A DNA stretch of 32,000 nucleotides, taken from assembly GCA_900315615.1 (NCBI GenBank), contig OMZT01000027.1, forward strand, positions 5,865 to 37,864. The letters are read 5' to 3'. A program made the translations under genes and the position numbers. Within the stretch, counting starts at the first letter, position 1; each line of letters starts with the position of its first letter. Shown here piece after piece: positions 22,412 through 30,617 of the stretch. Source of the stretch: an uncultured Veillonellaceae bacterium (lineage in GTDB: Bacteria > Bacillota > Negativicutes > Selenomonadales > Selenomonadaceae). Under the pieces are notes generated by a model. The model had not been told where the DNA came from. It searched no databases and worked only from the letters and a program-made list of their open reading frames with translations.

Positions 22412-23428
22412 ATGAAGAAGACTTTGGCTGAAATCGCAGAACTGACATGCGGCAGGCTGGCTGGAGACGGTGATATCTGTGTCACGGGCGTCAGCAGCCT
22501 GGATGATGCATCGTCTTCTGAAATCACCTTTGCGGATGAAAAGCATCTTGATGAGGCGAGGTCCACACATGCCGCTGCATATATACTGCCGGAGGGGGCT
22601 GGGGATTTTCCTGCACCAGCGGTATATGTGGAGGATGTGAGAGCGGCGTTTGCACGTCTATTGGAGGCTTTTACCCCAAAACTCGTGTTGCCGGAGGGAG
22701 TAAGTCCAGAGGCGCATGTAGGCAAGGATGTGAAGCTCGGGCACGGCGTTCGCATATTGCCGTTTGCCGTGGTCGATGACCATGCGCAGATCGGCGATCA
22801 TACCATCATATACCCGCATGTGTATATTGGACAGTATGCGTCAGTAGGTGCAGATACGCTTATATATAGTCATGTGACGATACGCGAGCATTGCGTCGTT
22901 GGAGATAGGTGCATCATCCAGCCGTCTGCGGTCATCGGGTCAGATGGGTTCGGATTCACCACGAAGGATGGCGTGCATACGAAGGTCCCACAGGTGGGGA
23001 ATGCCGTCATCGAGGATGACTGTGAGATCGGTGCGAATGACTGCATAGATCGTGCCACTACAGGATCCACCGTGATCGGGCATGGCACGAAGATTGACAA
23101 CCTCGTGCATATAGGGCATAATTGCAAGATCGGCGAAGGCTGCCTTATAGTCGCCCAGACAGGCATATCCGGCTCTACACAGGTCGGACATCATGTGACG
23201 TTTGGTGGTCAGACGGGTACCGTTGGGCATATCAAGATCGGTGCGAACTCTCTTTATGCAGCACGTACAGGTATCATCGGGAATATGCCGGAGGGTGTGT
23301 TCTGCGCTGGCTTCCCGGCACAGCCTCATAAAGAATGGCTGAAGATGCAGGCTATGATGAAGCGCCTTCCAGAGCTTCGTAAGGAGATAAAGGAACTTCG
23401 TAAGCAGCTTGCCGATAAGCAGAAATAA
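22412..23428 (+). CDS. lpxD: UDP-3-O-acylglucosamine N-acyltransferase LpxD
   Basis: N-terminus TLAEIAELTCGRL...ITFADEKHLDEA, followed by a long hexapeptide (LbH) repeat region and a C-terminal helix. ATG 22412 is preferred (SD gtgaggtga). GTG 22403 is the alternative start. Confidence 0.9.
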   Translation: MKKTLAEIAELTCGRLAGDGDICVTGVSSLDDASSSEITFADEKHLDEARSTHAAAYILPEGAGDFPAPAVYVEDVRAAFARLLEAFTPKLVLPEGVSPEAHVGKDVKLGHGVRILPFAVVDDHAQIGDHTIIYPHVYIGQYASVGADTLIYSHVTIREHCVVGDRCIIQPSAVIGSDGFGFTTKDGVHTKVPQVGNAVIEDDCEIGANDCIDRATTGSTVIGHGTKIDNLVHIGHNCKIGEGCLIVAQTGISGSTQVGHHVTFGGQTGTVGHIKIGANSLYAARTGIIGNMPEGVFCAGFPAQPHKEWLKMQAMMKRLPELRKEIKELRKQLADKQK

Positions 23429-23442
23429 CAACCCATGATTCA

Positions 23443-23465
23443 TAGGAGCCTGTAAGGCTCCTTTT
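23443..23465 (+). terminator. weak terminator-like hairpin after lpxD
   Basis: aggagcc-tgtaa-ggctcct followed by tttt. The stem is only 7 bp. Confidence 0.4.
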
Positions 23466-23485
23466 TAGTAAGGGGGCATAGAAGG

Positions 23486-24349
23486 ATGGGATACTATCTG
23501 ATCAAGCTGATCAGCCGCATTGCCTGTATGCTTCCAGCCAGTGTATGTGATTGGCTCGGAAAGCGCTTGACAGATATTTTGTGGCCGTTTGTGCCGACAA
23601 AGCGTAAGCGTATGGCTGAGGGGAATGTGAAGCTATGCCTTGGTGTCGATGATGATGAGGCACGCAGAATCGTCGAGGCGAGCGCCAAGAGATTCGGCCC
23701 CATGCTGTTCGAGGTGCTTCGTTTCCCGGTGATAAACAAGCATATGGATGACTATGTTGAGGTTGTCGGTAAGGAATATATGAAAAAAGGCCTTGAACTG
23801 GGGCGCGGTGCTGTTATCGCGACATCGCATAGCGGCAACTGGGAACTGATGGGCGGCGCACTCTCACATGCTGGATTCCCCATCGTGGGCGTCGCGATGA
23901 AGCAGAAGAATGCAGCAATGGATCGCTTCATAAACGAGTACCGCAGGCTCATAGGCATGCACATCACATATAAGAACGATGTGCGTGAGATGCTCAGGAT
24001 GATGAAAGACGGCTGGGTCATCGGCCTTTTGATGGATCAGGATACAAATACGCATGATGGCATCATACTTGATTTCTTTGGAAGGAAAACGAACTGCGTC
24101 CCAGGCCCGGCATCAATGGCGCGTTTCCGGGATGTGCCTATATTCCCCGTTCATGTGACGAGGCTGCCGAATGGCAAGCACCGCGTAATCATAAATCCGG
24201 CTATCTTTGTCGAGAAGACGGCCGACAAGAGGGCGGACATAGCCGAGACGATGCAGAAACTGAACGATATCCTCGAAAAGCATGTAAGGGAGCATCCAGA
24301 GGAGTGGTTCTGGCTGCACGACCGCTGGAAGTCCATGAGAGAGGAATAG
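23486..24349 (+). CDS. lpxL: lipid A biosynthesis (Kdo)2-lipid IVA acyltransferase, LpxL/HtrB family
   Basis: 287 aa. Catalytic HSGNWE (HX4E) motif. The family-typical C-terminus is HPEEWFWLHDRWKS. It sits within the lpx operon. Confidence 0.8.
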   Translation: MGYYLIKLISRIACMLPASVCDWLGKRLTDILWPFVPTKRKRMAEGNVKLCLGVDDDEARRIVEASAKRFGPMLFEVLRFPVINKHMDDYVEVVGKEYMKKGLELGRGAVIATSHSGNWELMGGALSHAGFPIVGVAMKQKNAAMDRFINEYRRLIGMHITYKNDVREMLRMMKDGWVIGLLMDQDTNTHDGIILDFFGRKTNCVPGPASMARFRDVPIFPVHVTRLPNGKHRVIINPAIFVEKTADKRADIAETMQKLNDILEKHVREHPEEWFWLHDRWKSMREE

Positions 24350-24352
24350 AGC

Positions 24353-24381
24353 TTGATAAAATATTCGTTCTCATGTAAAAT
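24353..24381 (+). promoter_or_regulatory. sigma-70-type promoter upstream of lpxC
   Basis: TTGATA (24353-24358), a 17-bp spacer, then TAAAAT (24376-24381), within an AT-rich 90-bp gap. Confidence 0.55.
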
Positions 24382-24439
24382 GAAAATATATTTTGCCGTA
24401 TATTTACACTTATAGATTTATAGCAGGGAGGGATGACTG

Positions 24440-25264
24440 TTGCTGCAGACGACATTGAGAGAGGTCGTTTCGTATGAAGGCGTCGGCCTGCATTCGGGCA
24501 AGATGGTACATATGAGACTGCTGCCTGCAGGAGCGGATACAGGGATCGTCTTTGAAAGGACTGACCTCGACGAAAGGCCTAGGGTGCGTGCGACAGCAGC
24601 TAATGTCACGTCGACTCTGCGCGCGACTACTATAGAGGATAATGGTATAAAGATGTTCACGATTGAGCATCTTATGAGTGCAATACATATGTCAGGGCTG
24701 GATAACTGCTTGATTGAGATGGATGCAGAGGAACCTCCAGTAGCCGATGGCTCAGCAAAGGTGTTCTGGGAACTGCTCCAAAAGGCGGGCTTGAAGGAAC
24801 TTGAGGCAGAGCGGCGCGTGATTGAGATAGATAGGACGTATCGGATAGATGATGACGGAAGATTCGTGATGGTCGTACCATATGATGGCATCAGGGTGAG
24901 CTTCCTATCGATCAATGAACATCCGCTTATAGGCTATCAATACGAGGACTTTGAGCTCGATGCAGATACTTATGGCAAAGAGATTGCTCCTGCAAGGACG
25001 ATAGCATATGAGGGCGAGATCGATGCACTACGTAAGGCAGGTCTCGGACTCGGCGGAACGCTTGAGAATGTCATCGTATATAATGATGCTGGCTGGCTGA
25101 ACGAATTGCGCTATTCGGATGAGCTTGTGCGCCATAAGATACTCGATCTACTTGGCGACTTACGGCTCGCAGGCCCCATTAGGGGCCATGTCATAGCAGT
25201 CAAGTCCGGGCATGCGCTCAATACGAGGCTGGCGAAGGAAATACTCGAAGCCTTTCCACTATGA
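24440..25264 (+). CDS. lpxC: UDP-3-O-acyl-GlcNAc deacetylase LpxC
   Basis: 274 aa. TTG start with SD agggaggg. Motifs: QTTLREVVSYEGVGLHSGKMVHMRLLPA, TIEHLMSA, HKILDLLGDL and the GHALN region. Confidence 0.9.
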   Translation: MLQTTLREVVSYEGVGLHSGKMVHMRLLPAGADTGIVFERTDLDERPRVRATAANVTSTLRATTIEDNGIKMFTIEHLMSAIHMSGLDNCLIEMDAEEPPVADGSAKVFWELLQKAGLKELEAERRVIEIDRTYRIDDDGRFVMVVPYDGIRVSFLSINEHPLIGYQYEDFELDADTYGKEIAPARTIAYEGEIDALRKAGLGLGGTLENVIVYNDAGWLNELRYSDELVRHKILDLLGDLRLAGPIRGHVIAVKSGHALNTRLAKEILEAFPL

Positions 25265-25302
25265 CTATGACAGTAAAAAATAGTGCAGTTTTAACGATGA
25301 AA

Positions 25303-25311
25303 TGATATAAT
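25303..25311 (+). promoter_or_regulatory. extended -10 element (TGaTATAAT) upstream of fabZ
   Basis: TG at 25303-25304 and TATAAT at 25306-25311. The -35 is poor (gtgcag). Confidence 0.4.
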
Positions 25312-25344
25312 TATAGTTATGAACCTATGAGAGGATGGTATAAT

Positions 25345-25788
25345 ATGGTGCTGGATATCAACGAGATACAGAAGATACTGCCGCACAGACCACCTATGCT
25401 GTTGGTGGATCGCATACTTGAGCTGGATCCGTTCAAGTCTGCTACAGGCTTGAAGAATGTAACAATGATGGAGAATTTCTTTCGGGGGCATTTCCCGGGT
25501 AAGCCGATCATGCCGGGTGTGCTGATACTTGAAGCCATGGCGCAGGTCGGTGGCGTTGCTATGCTTTATCCTGAGGAGAACCGTGGGAAGATCGCACTGT
25601 TCGGCGGGATGGATAACGTGAAGTTCAAGCGTCCTGTCGTGCCTGGAGACCAGCTCATCACGAAGGCAGAGCTGATGAAGGTACATGGCGACTTCGGCAA
25701 GCTCCATACGGATGGATTTGTTGATGGCAAGCTCGTAGCGAAGGCAGACTTTACATTTGCACTGCAGCGCCCTGAAAAAATGAGCTAA
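25345..25788 (+). CDS. fabZ: 3-hydroxyacyl-ACP dehydratase FabZ
   Basis: DINEIQKILPHRPPMLLVDRI...FFRGHFPGKPIMPGVLILEAMAQ. ATG 25345 is preferred over ATG 25327, which would leave almost no leader after the predicted promoter. Confidence 0.9.
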   Translation: MVLDINEIQKILPHRPPMLLVDRILELDPFKSATGLKNVTMMENFFRGHFPGKPIMPGVLILEAMAQVGGVAMLYPEENRGKIALFGGMDNVKFKRPVVPGDQLITKAELMKVHGDFGKLHTDGFVDGKLVAKADFTFALQRPEKMS

Positions 25789-25961
25789 TGATTTGCATTA
25801 CCAAGTAAATAGGAGCAGGATACTGCTCAGTCCCCAAAATGGCAAAATACGCCTGTAAATCGACTGCACAGATTTGTGCATATGGAGGGATTATATCATA
25901 AAAGTCCAGGGAATCTGTACGGAATATTGTACAGAGCCGGAATAGATAGGGGATGCAGATT

Positions 25962-26774
25962 ATGAACGCGGACAACAAAGTTGTTGCTTTTATACATGAC
26001 ACGGCTGTCATCGATCCCGGTGCACGTATCGGTAAGAACGTCAAGATCGGTCCATATGCTGTTATAGGTCCTCATGTTGAGATCGGTGAGGGAACCGTTG
26101 TGGGTCCACATGCCTGCATTACGGGATATACGAGCATAGGGAAGGATTGCCATATATTCCAGTTCGCATCGGTTGGTGATGTACCGCAGGATTTGAAGTA
26201 TAAAGGTGAGAAGAGCTATACATTTATTGGTGACCGTACATCGGTCAGGGAATTCGTTACGATACATGCGGCTACGGGTGAAGGCGAGGAGACGCGCATA
26301 GGCAATGACTGCTTGCTCATGGCATATGTGCATGTGGCGCATAATTGCGTTGTCGGGAATAACGTCATCATGTCGAACGCTGCGATGATCGCAGGACATG
26401 CGATCGTTGAGGATCGTGCTGTGCTTGGCGGGAAGTGTGGTGTGCACCAGTTCGTGAAGATCGGTAGGAATGCTATGATCGGCGGAGCATCTAAGGTGAC
26501 GCAGGATGTCGTGCCATACACGATCGTGGATGGTAATCCGTGTAAGGTAGCCGGGCTCAACAGCGTCGGTATCTCACGTGCGGGAATACCGCTTGAGTCC
26601 AGACGCAAGATCAAGCAGGCGTACAAGATACTGTACCGCTCGGGTCTCAGTCTTGCACAGGCGATAGCTATGATAGAACAGGAAGTGGATTCCTGTGAGG
26701 AAGTGGAGCATCTGCTCCGTTTTTTGAGGAATGCGGAGCGCGGCATATGCCGTGAACGCCGTGGAAGTGACTGA
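25962..26774 (+). CDS. lpxA: acyl-ACP--UDP-GlcNAc O-acyltransferase LpxA
   Basis: FIHDTAVIDPGARIG followed by hexapeptide repeats. C-terminal helical domain GLNSVGISRAGIPLESRRKIKQAYKILYRSG. ATG 25962 has better SD spacing than ATG 25953. Confidence 0.9.
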   Translation: MNADNKVVAFIHDTAVIDPGARIGKNVKIGPYAVIGPHVEIGEGTVVGPHACITGYTSIGKDCHIFQFASVGDVPQDLKYKGEKSYTFIGDRTSVREFVTIHAATGEGEETRIGNDCLLMAYVHVAHNCVVGNNVIMSNAAMIAGHAIVEDRAVLGGKCGVHQFVKIGRNAMIGGASKVTQDVVPYTIVDGNPCKVAGLNSVGISRAGIPLESRRKIKQAYKILYRSGLSLAQAIAMIEQEVDSCEEVEHLLRFLRNAERGICRERRGSD

Positions 26775-26791
26775 TTTCAGGAGGCTCGTGA

Positions 26792-27598
26792 ATGGAGAAG
26801 GTTGGACTGCTTGCCGGTGTCGGAAGGCTTCCGGTCGAGTGCGCTAAGGCTGCAAAGGATATGGGCTATGAGGTTTGTGCTGTTGCTCTTTTGCCAGATA
26901 CAGATCCTGAGCTTAAAGAAATAGTCTCGGAATACACAGAAATCAATGTCGCGAGGCTTGGCGAGATCATCGCCTGGCTGAAGGCTAATGGCATTCGCCG
27001 TGTCACCATGATAGGAAAGGTCACCAAAGAACTGCTGTTCAGTGGCCAGCATGCAGAGCCTGATGCGACGATGATGCAGCTTTTGGCAACATTGCCTGAC
27101 CGCAAGGATGATACGATAATGCTTCATTTTGTTGCGGCTCTCGCACATGCGGGTATGCAGGCGCTCGACCAGACGGCGCTCATCAGACGACTAATGCCGC
27201 AGCATGGTGTGCTGACGGCGCGTAAGCCGACCGAGAAGGAGCAAAATGATCTTAATCTCGCATATCGTATGGCGAGAGAGGATGGCAGGCTGGATGTTGG
27301 TCAGACGGCTGTCGTGAAGGATATGGCCGTGATGGCTCTCGAAGCAATTGAAGGAACGGATGAATGCATAAAGCGAGGCGGCAAGCTCGCACGTGGCGGG
27401 GCTGTCGTTGCCAAGGTCGCCAAGCCCAATCAGGACATGAGGTTCGATGTGCCGACCGTTGGTATGCAGACGATTCGTTCTATGATAGAAAGCGGCGCGA
27501 CTGCACTCGCTATAGAGGCGGGAAAGACACTCCTTGTCGAGAAGGATAAGGTTGTAGCGCTGGCTGATGAGAATGATATAGCGATAGTGGTTATGTAA
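26792..27598 (+). CDS. lpxI: UDP-2,3-diacylglucosamine hydrolase LpxI (DUF1009 family)
   Basis: 268 aa. VGLLAGVGRLPVECAKAAK at the N-terminus. LDVGQTAVVKDMAVMALEAIEGTDECIKRGG...VAKVAKPNQDMRFDVPTVG matches my recall of Caulobacter LpxI. Its position between lpxA and lpxB is classic. Confidence 0.85.
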   Translation: MEKVGLLAGVGRLPVECAKAAKDMGYEVCAVALLPDTDPELKEIVSEYTEINVARLGEIIAWLKANGIRRVTMIGKVTKELLFSGQHAEPDATMMQLLATLPDRKDDTIMLHFVAALAHAGMQALDQTALIRRLMPQHGVLTARKPTEKEQNDLNLAYRMAREDGRLDVGQTAVVKDMAVMALEAIEGTDECIKRGGKLARGGAVVAKVAKPNQDMRFDVPTVGMQTIRSMIESGATALAIEAGKTLLVEKDKVVALADENDIAIVVM

Positions 27599-27639
27599 GG
27601 GTCTGCTGGCTGTGTTGGCCAGTATATCCGTATGAGTCA

Positions 27640-27680
27640 GCGGATGCGGCTAGGGCATAAGGCCGCATCCGCAATTTTTT
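27640..27680 (+). terminator. strong rho-independent terminator between lpxI and lpxB
   Basis: A perfect 11-bp GC-rich stem gcggatgcggc / gccgcatccgc with an 11-nt loop, followed by aatttttt. Confidence 0.8.
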
Positions 27681-27699
27681 ACATAAGGGCTGATAGACT

Positions 27700-28866
27700 G
27701 TGAAGATCATGCTTTCCGCTGGTGAGGCATCGGGAGACCTGCATGGCGCGAGTATAGCTGAGGCACTTTGCACCATGGATCCCGAGGTACAGCTTTTTGG
27801 CTTTGGCGGCCCGGAAATGGAAAGGGCCGGCGTACGCCTGGTAGAGAACTATCAGGATTACAGTGTGATGGGCTTTTGGGAAGTCCTGAAGAATCTCAGT
27901 AAGATCAGGCATCTTTTGGATAGGCTGACTGACGAAATGGCGAAGGAGAAGCCTGACCTCCTGGTGCTGATCGACTATCCGGATTTCAATTGGCGGCTGG
28001 CAAAGCGTGCAAAGAAGCTTGAGATACCGGTTTTTTCGTATATTCCTCCATCTGCATGGGCATGGCGCAAAGGACGTGCGAAGTCATGCGCGAAGCTTGC
28101 AGAAGAATTTGTTGCCGTTTATCCGTTTGAAACGGAGGTATACCGCAAAGCAGGAGCGAATATATCATTTGTCGGAAACCCGCTCGTCGATACGGTTCAT
28201 GCAGACCTTACGCATCTGGAGGCAGAGCAGTTCTTCGGCGTAAAGCGCTCAGAGCATCCAGTGCTCCTGATGCCTGGCAGTCGTCGTCAGGAGGTAGAAA
28301 TCATCTATCCCATAATGCTACGGGCTGCTAAGCTCCTAAGGCGCAATGAGCCGTCTACACGATTCTTTACCCCAGCAGCTCCGGGAGTACCAGTTAAGTG
28401 GCTGCGTGAGCAGGCTGAGCGTGCGGGCGTCGATGTCAGCGTGGTGACTGAGCATAGGTATGATCTAATGGGATTGGCGGATTTTGCGATTGCCGTATCT
28501 GGCACGGTCGTGATGGAGGCAGCATTGATGAATCTGCCATGCGTCGTTCTTTACCGCATGTCACCCATTACGTATGCCATCGGGAAGTTATTCGTGCATG
28601 TAGATCATTTCAGCCTTCCGAATATCCTACTCGATAAGAGGCTGCAGCCAGAGCTGCTGCAGGATGAAGTGAATCCTGAGCGTATAGCAAGGGAAGGCGC
28701 GAAGCTCTACCGTGGTATGAAGGATGCATTGCGCGTAAAGGTCGGGCTGAAGCATGCATCACAGCTTCTCGGACCACCAGGCGCCGCTGAGCGTGTCGCA
28801 GATCGTATATGGATGGCGGCGAAGCGCAGCAGCGACCGAAAACGGAATATTGGAGATATGAAATGA
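27700..28866 (+). CDS. lpxB: lipid-A-disaccharide synthase LpxB
   Basis: 388 aa. GTG start (ATG 27709 is the alternative). KIMLSAGEASGDLHGASIAEAL N-terminus; GSR and GT-B type motifs (LLMPGSRRQEV, SGTVVMEAAL). Confidence 0.9.
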   Translation: MKIMLSAGEASGDLHGASIAEALCTMDPEVQLFGFGGPEMERAGVRLVENYQDYSVMGFWEVLKNLSKIRHLLDRLTDEMAKEKPDLLVLIDYPDFNWRLAKRAKKLEIPVFSYIPPSAWAWRKGRAKSCAKLAEEFVAVYPFETEVYRKAGANISFVGNPLVDTVHADLTHLEAEQFFGVKRSEHPVLLMPGSRRQEVEIIYPIMLRAAKLLRRNEPSTRFFTPAAPGVPVKWLREQAERAGVDVSVVTEHRYDLMGLADFAIAVSGTVVMEAALMNLPCVVLYRMSPITYAIGKLFVHVDHFSLPNILLDKRLQPELLQDEVNPERIAREGAKLYRGMKDALRVKVGLKHASQLLGPPGAAERVADRIWMAAKRSSDRKRNIGDMK

Positions 28867-30593
28867 AAAATTACTGGCGGCTTCTCCTATACATAAAACC
28901 ATATATAAGACGGCTGATGCTCGCGGTTATATGTATCATCATGGCTGCGGCAGCGAATCTCTATGTACCATGGATCATCAAGGATATGATCGATAAGGTG
29001 CTCGCAGACAGGGACCTTATGATGCTCAATCTCATTGCGGTTGGAATCATTGTCGTGTTCTTTTTTCGCGGGATATTCTATTATGGGCAGAGCTATCTCG
29101 TGTCATACGTGGGCGAGCGCGTGATCATAGACCTCAGGGATGTGATATTCCGCAAGTTCCAGAGGCTTCCAATGGCTTACTATGACAAGCATCAGACCGG
29201 CGAGATCATGAGCTATATCACGAACGATGTCGGTGCGGTGCAGAATGCGTTGGTTGGGCAGCTGATAGATGCATTTACCGAGGGTTCTATACTCATCGGC
29301 TCTATTGTCATGATGTTCATACTGGATTGGAAGCTTACGTTTGTGACACTCATAACCGTCCCCCTTGTCGGGCAGGCGATGAAGATATTCGGGCGCAAGC
29401 TCAAGAGCTCGAGTCGCGAGGTGCAGGAGCAGCTCGCGAACATCACGGCGCTCATGCAGGAGAGCATATCGGCTGAGCGTATAGTGAAATCATTCGTGCG
29501 CGAGGATTATGAGGGCGTAAGGTTCCATAAGCAGAATGAGCGTAACTTCGATGCTAAGATGAAGAACGTCAGGCAGTCGAGCTTGCTCACGCCGACCGTT
29601 GAGTTCCTCGCAGCTATCACGGTCACGTTTATCTTATGGATAGGCGGATATGAGGTCGTGACCGGCGCTCTGACTGCCGGCTCATTGATCGCTTTCCTCA
29701 CGTATTCAGTAAACCTCGCGAATCCGGTAAAGAGACTCAGCCGCATATATGGCAATCTTCAGCAAGCTATGGCGGCTATAGACCGCGTGTTTGGCATACT
29801 CGATCTTCCAGAGCCGATAAAGGATAAGGATGACGCTGTAGAGCTTCCTAAGATAAAGGGACATGTCATCGTCAAGGATGTGGATTTCTCGTATAAAAAG
29901 GGCGTACCGGCACTCCAGGATGTGAATCTCGAAGCCATGCCAGGGCAGATGATAGCATTTGTGGGACCGTCGGGAGCCGGAAAGTCGACCATAGCGAATC
30001 TCTTGCCGCGCTTCTACGATATAGATTCCGGTTCTATACAGATTGACGGATATGATATCCGCGATGTCACCTTGGGGTCTCTTCGCGGTCAGATAGGTAT
30101 CGTGCCTCAGGAGACGGTGCTATTCAGCACCACGGTGCGCGAGAATATCCGCTATGGGAGGCTGGATGCAACCGATGAAGAGGTTGAGGCTGCTTCGCAT
30201 GCGGCGAATGCAGATGAATTCATAATGCAGCTTCCGGATGGATATGATACAATGATAGGTGAGAGAGGCCTGAACCTTTCGGGCGGGCAGCGCCAGCGCA
30301 TGGCCATTGCACGTGCTATATTGAAGAATCCGCAGATACTGATACTTGATGAGGCAACCTCTGCGCTAGATACGGAGAGCGAAAAGATTGTCCAAGCAGC
30401 GCTTGACAAGCTGATGGTCGGACGCACGTCATTTGTGATAGCGCATAGGCTGTCCACTATCTTCAATGCGGATCAGATATTTGTTATTGACCATGGCAAG
30501 ATAAGGGAACATGGCACACATGAAGAACTATTGCGTTTGGGCGGGCTATACAGTACGCTTTACAATATTCAGTTCAAGAAGCAGGCACAGTGA
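28863..30593 (+). CDS. msbA: lipid A export ABC transporter MsbA (fused TMD-NBD)
   Basis: I trimmed the ORF-track start (28809) to ATG 28863, which overlaps the lpxB stop (ATGA). Six-helix TMD. Walker A GPSGAGKST, signature LSGGQRQR, Walker B LILDEATS. The lpx context supports MsbA. Confidence 0.85.
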   Translation: MKNYWRLLLYIKPYIRRLMLAVICIIMAAAANLYVPWIIKDMIDKVLADRDLMMLNLIAVGIIVVFFFRGIFYYGQSYLVSYVGERVIIDLRDVIFRKFQRLPMAYYDKHQTGEIMSYITNDVGAVQNALVGQLIDAFTEGSILIGSIVMMFILDWKLTFVTLITVPLVGQAMKIFGRKLKSSSREVQEQLANITALMQESISAERIVKSFVREDYEGVRFHKQNERNFDAKMKNVRQSSLLTPTVEFLAAITVTFILWIGGYEVVTGALTAGSLIAFLTYSVNLANPVKRLSRIYGNLQQAMAAIDRVFGILDLPEPIKDKDDAVELPKIKGHVIVKDVDFSYKKGVPALQDVNLEAMPGQMIAFVGPSGAGKSTIANLLPRFYDIDSGSIQIDGYDIRDVTLGSLRGQIGIVPQETVLFSTTVRENIRYGRLDATDEEVEAASHAANADEFIMQLPDGYDTMIGERGLNLSGGQRQRMAIARAILKNPQILILDEATSALDTESEKIVQAALDKLMVGRTSFVIAHRLSTIFNADQIFVIDHGKIREHGTHEELLRLGGLYSTLYNIQFKKQAQ

Positions 30594-30617
30594 GAGTGCT
30601 GAGAGAGAGGTTTGATT

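Noticed and set aside
23411-23418. GCCGATAA (sigma-28 -10 consensus) inside the lpxD 3' end, and again at 31323-31330 inside waaA, considered as targets of the FliA-like sigma
   Set aside because: Neither has a TAAA -35 element at the required ~15-bp spacing, and both are intragenic. They are most likely chance matches (codons for A-D-K and A-D-N).
25882-25965. 27-codon uORF (MEGLYHKSPGNLYGILYRAGIDRGCRL) ending in an ATGA overlap with the lpxA start
   Set aside because: No Shine-Dalgarno sequence precedes its ATG, which sits directly after a hairpin arm, and the composition is not leader-peptide-like. It is kept only as a note under the structured-spacer finding.
28809-28862. ORF-track N-terminal extension of msbA (start 28809)
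   Set aside because: It overlaps the 3' end of lpxB. ATG 28863 forms an ATGA junction with the lpxB stop and gives the usual MsbA N-terminus (MKNYWRLLLYIKPY...).
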